Source: an uncultured Planctomycetia bacterium
Lineage (GTDB): Bacteria > Planctomycetota > Planctomycetia > Pirellulales > Thermoguttaceae
Reading direction: 5' to 3'
DNA length: 64,000 bases
NCBI GenBank assembly: GCA_963779975.1
Contig: CAWAAL010000024.1
Span: 57,153 to 121,152, forward strand
Every line of letters begins with the position of its first letter. The stretch's first letter is position 1. The notes under the pieces are model-generated. The model made no database searches and was not told where the DNA came from. It was given only the letters and a program-made list of their open reading frames with translations. This document shows, in pieces, positions 62,169-64,000 of this stretch. The translations under genes and the position numbers were made by a program.

Positions 62169-64000
62169 TCAGACCGGGATTGGCGACTTCCCCACCCACG
62201 TTCCGATCACTTCGACCAGTTTTTTCGGGTCGATCGGCTTGCTGATGTAATCGTCGCAGCCGGCATTGATGCACTTCTGGCGATCTCCCGACATGGCGTG
62301 GGCGGTCAAGGCGATGATCGGCTCCCGGCAGCCGGCGTCTCGCAGTTTCCGCGTTGCTTCGTAGCCGTCCATCACGGGCATCTGGATATCCATGAGAATC
62401 GCGTCGAAGGGATTTCCCGCCTGCCGTGCGGCCAAAGCGAGGCCCAAGGCGATCCGTCCATCTTCCGCCAGTTCCACGTCGGCCCCCGCCTTGCGGAGAA
62501 AGAAAGCAATCAATCGCCGGTTGTCGGCGCCATCCTCGGCCAAGAGAATGCGGCAGTCGAGTTTCCGCCAGCCATTCCCCGCGAATTCCCTGGCGGTCAC
62601 CGCTTCACCCGACTCCGGCGGCGACGCCGGTCCATCACACGGGACGATGCTGATACTGAGGCTGAACGTACTGCCCATGCCGGGGCTGCTCCTAACGACA
62701 AGATCGCCGCCGAGTGTCCCCGCCAACCGCTTGCTGATTGCCAAGCCCAGGCCGGTGCCGCCGAATCGACGACGAGCGGAACCGTCCACCTGGGAAAACG
62801 GGCGGAACAACTGGCCCATGTCTTCCGCCGATATGCCGATGCCCGTGTCGATCACGTCGCATAGCAACTTGTTGTCGCCCTCGCCCGTGGAGTCCAGCCG
62901 CATGACGATCCGGACGCCGCCAACCTCGGTGAACTTGACGGCATTGCCGATGAGGTTGACAAGGATTTGCCGCAAATGGACCGGATCGGTCTTGACTGCC
63001 ATCGGCACGTCGGGCTCGCACTCGGCGGTCAGTCGCAGCCCCTTGGCTTCCGCTCGCACGCGCATCGTGCCGAGGACATCCGCCGCAACCTGCCGTGGAG
63101 AGCAGGTCTGGACATGCAATGTGTGCTTGCCGGCCTCGATCTTCGACAAGTCAAGGATGTCGTTGATGAGATTGAGCAGGTGGTGTCCATTGCGTTTGAT
63201 GATCTGGACGGCTTCCAGCGTGTCTTGGTCCTGGGCGCTGTCCAGGAGGACATCGGCATAGCCGATGATGGCAGTCATCGGCGTGCGGATTTCGTGGCTC
63301 ATGTTCGCCAGGAACTCGCTCTTGGCGCAGTTGGCGGCCTCGGCCCGGGCGCAGGCTTCTTCCAGTTTCTGGTTGGCTTGCCGCAAGGCTTCCGAGTATT
63401 GTCGCAACGTCTGCTCGGCGTTCCTTCTTGCGGTGACGTCCACGCAGAACGCAACCGTCTTGTCTTTCTGCACCTTGACGGCATGGACCGACATGAAGAA
63501 TCTCGAACCGTCCTTGCGCACGAAGCAGAATTCGCCGCTGACCGCGGAGCCGGTCTGCATCACTTCGTGGAACGCCGTGATTGCCGCCGTCGCGTGCTCG
63601 GGCGCGACAATGTCGGGAATTGCCATTTGCGTCAATTCTGCTTCCGAGTATCCGAGGAGGCGGCACGCCGACGCATTGACCTCCAAGTACCGCCCGGTTG
63701 AATCCGTCACGAACACGCCGGTGGGAGAGTTGTTGACGTAGGTCCGATATTTTTCCTCGCTGGCCCGCACCATCTCCTCGGCCCGCTTGCGGTCGGTAAT
63801 GTCGCGGGCGAAGGCACAGTTGTACTCTTTCCCGTCGCGCGTCATGTAATTGACCGCGATCTCCACCGGGAAGGTCCGGCCGGTCTTCGTGCGATGGCGA
63901 CTTTCAACGACAAACGACTTCTTTTCCCGAATCGCCTCCCAGTGAGGCCCCCAAAACTCTCGGCTGACGATCGTGTCGATATCGAACACCGTCATGGCCT
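62169..64000 (-). CDS. hybrid sensor histidine kinase (PAS-PAS-HisKA-HATPase_c-REC), 5' end off-window
   Basis: FLANMSHEIRTPMTAIIGY (H-box), GTGLGLAISKRLAGTLGG, ILLAEDGADN...ILMDIQMPVMDG...ISKP. The N-terminal PAS is cut by the window edge. Confidence 0.85.
   Translation of the reverse strand, partial: AMTVFDIDTIVSREFWGPHWEAIREKKSFVVESRHRTKTGRTFPVEIAVNYMTRDGKEYNCAFARDITDRKRAEEMVRASEEKYRTYVNNSPTGVFVTDSTGRYLEVNASACRLLGYSEAELTQMAIPDIVAPEHATAAITAFHEVMQTGSAVSGEFCFVRKDGSRFFMSVHAVKVQKDKTVAFCVDVTARRNAEQTLRQYSEALRQANQKLEEACARAEAANCAKSEFLANMSHEIRTPMTAIIGYADVLLDSAQDQDTLEAVQIIKRNGHHLLNLINDILDLSKIEAGKHTLHVQTCSPRQVAADVLGTMRVRAEAKGLRLTAECEPDVPMAVKTDPVHLRQILVNLIGNAVKFTEVGGVRIVMRLDSTGEGDNKLLCDVIDTGIGISAEDMGQLFRPFSQVDGSARRRFGGTGLGLAISKRLAGTLGGDLVVRSSPGMGSTFSLSISIVPCDGPASPPESGEAVTAREFAGNGWRKLDCRILLAEDGADNRRLIAFFLRKAGADVELAEDGRIALGLALAARQAGNPFDAILMDIQMPVMDGYEATRKLRDAGCREPIIALTAHAMSGDRQKCINAGCDDYISKPIDPKKLVEVIGTWVGKSPIPV

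Overview
This is a 64-kb bacterial window of about 60% GC. The gene content points to Planctomycetota (inference): a BBP7-type outer-membrane barrel, an LEDRRMLT-type N-terminal leader on a giant surface protein, a PEP-CTERM relic, an HTLQPTALVHEAYLKL-type ECF sigma coupled to a Ser/Thr kinase, and many sensory kinases. Ordinary content includes a yqjD/yqjE-like membrane stress cluster, an AI-2E transporter, and a CheB-CheR-PAS protein followed by a hybrid histidine kinase and a REC-DUF2294 response regulator. It also includes two RpoD-family and two ECF sigma factors, ackA-xfp-ppk2, an SPFH protein, HAD/GH130 sugar genes, a P3A-type H+-ATPase, Hsp20, CsbD and DUF1328. The right end carries a GT4/desaturase/GH130 cluster, an OCD-family gene, a Gfo/Idh/MocA oxidoreductase, guaC and sensor kinases. 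The outstanding feature is a ~185-bp module present in 11 copies, all on the + strand between 10.2 and 48.3 kb. Each module has a sigma70-like promoter (TTGCCT, 16 nt, TACAAT), a drifting but paired 5' hairpin, an invariant GTCGGATGACTAG box, a GC hairpin with compensatory changes, GAGTAAG, and a long bipartite intrinsic terminator with U6-7. Ten of the 11 copies lie 29-109 nt upstream of a + strand gene; the 3'-truncated copy 1 does not. Those genes include an alternative sigma factor, Hsp20, a response regulator, small stress-type membrane proteins, a surface protein and a GT4 cluster. One extra terminator-arm-only copy lies in front of the REC-DUF2294 gene. Four copies carry a decayed 3' relic of a DUF2294 gene on their left flank, and one intact DUF2294 gene is divergent from a copy. 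I read this as a candidate conditional-termination leader regulon functionally tied to DUF2294 (hypothesis). The same interval is littered with truncated or internally deleted gene relics. About 14 single-nucleotide frameshifts split otherwise conserved genes; whether these are sequencing errors or decay is unresolved. By eye I recognised no rRNA, tRNA, CRISPR array, transposase or integrase.
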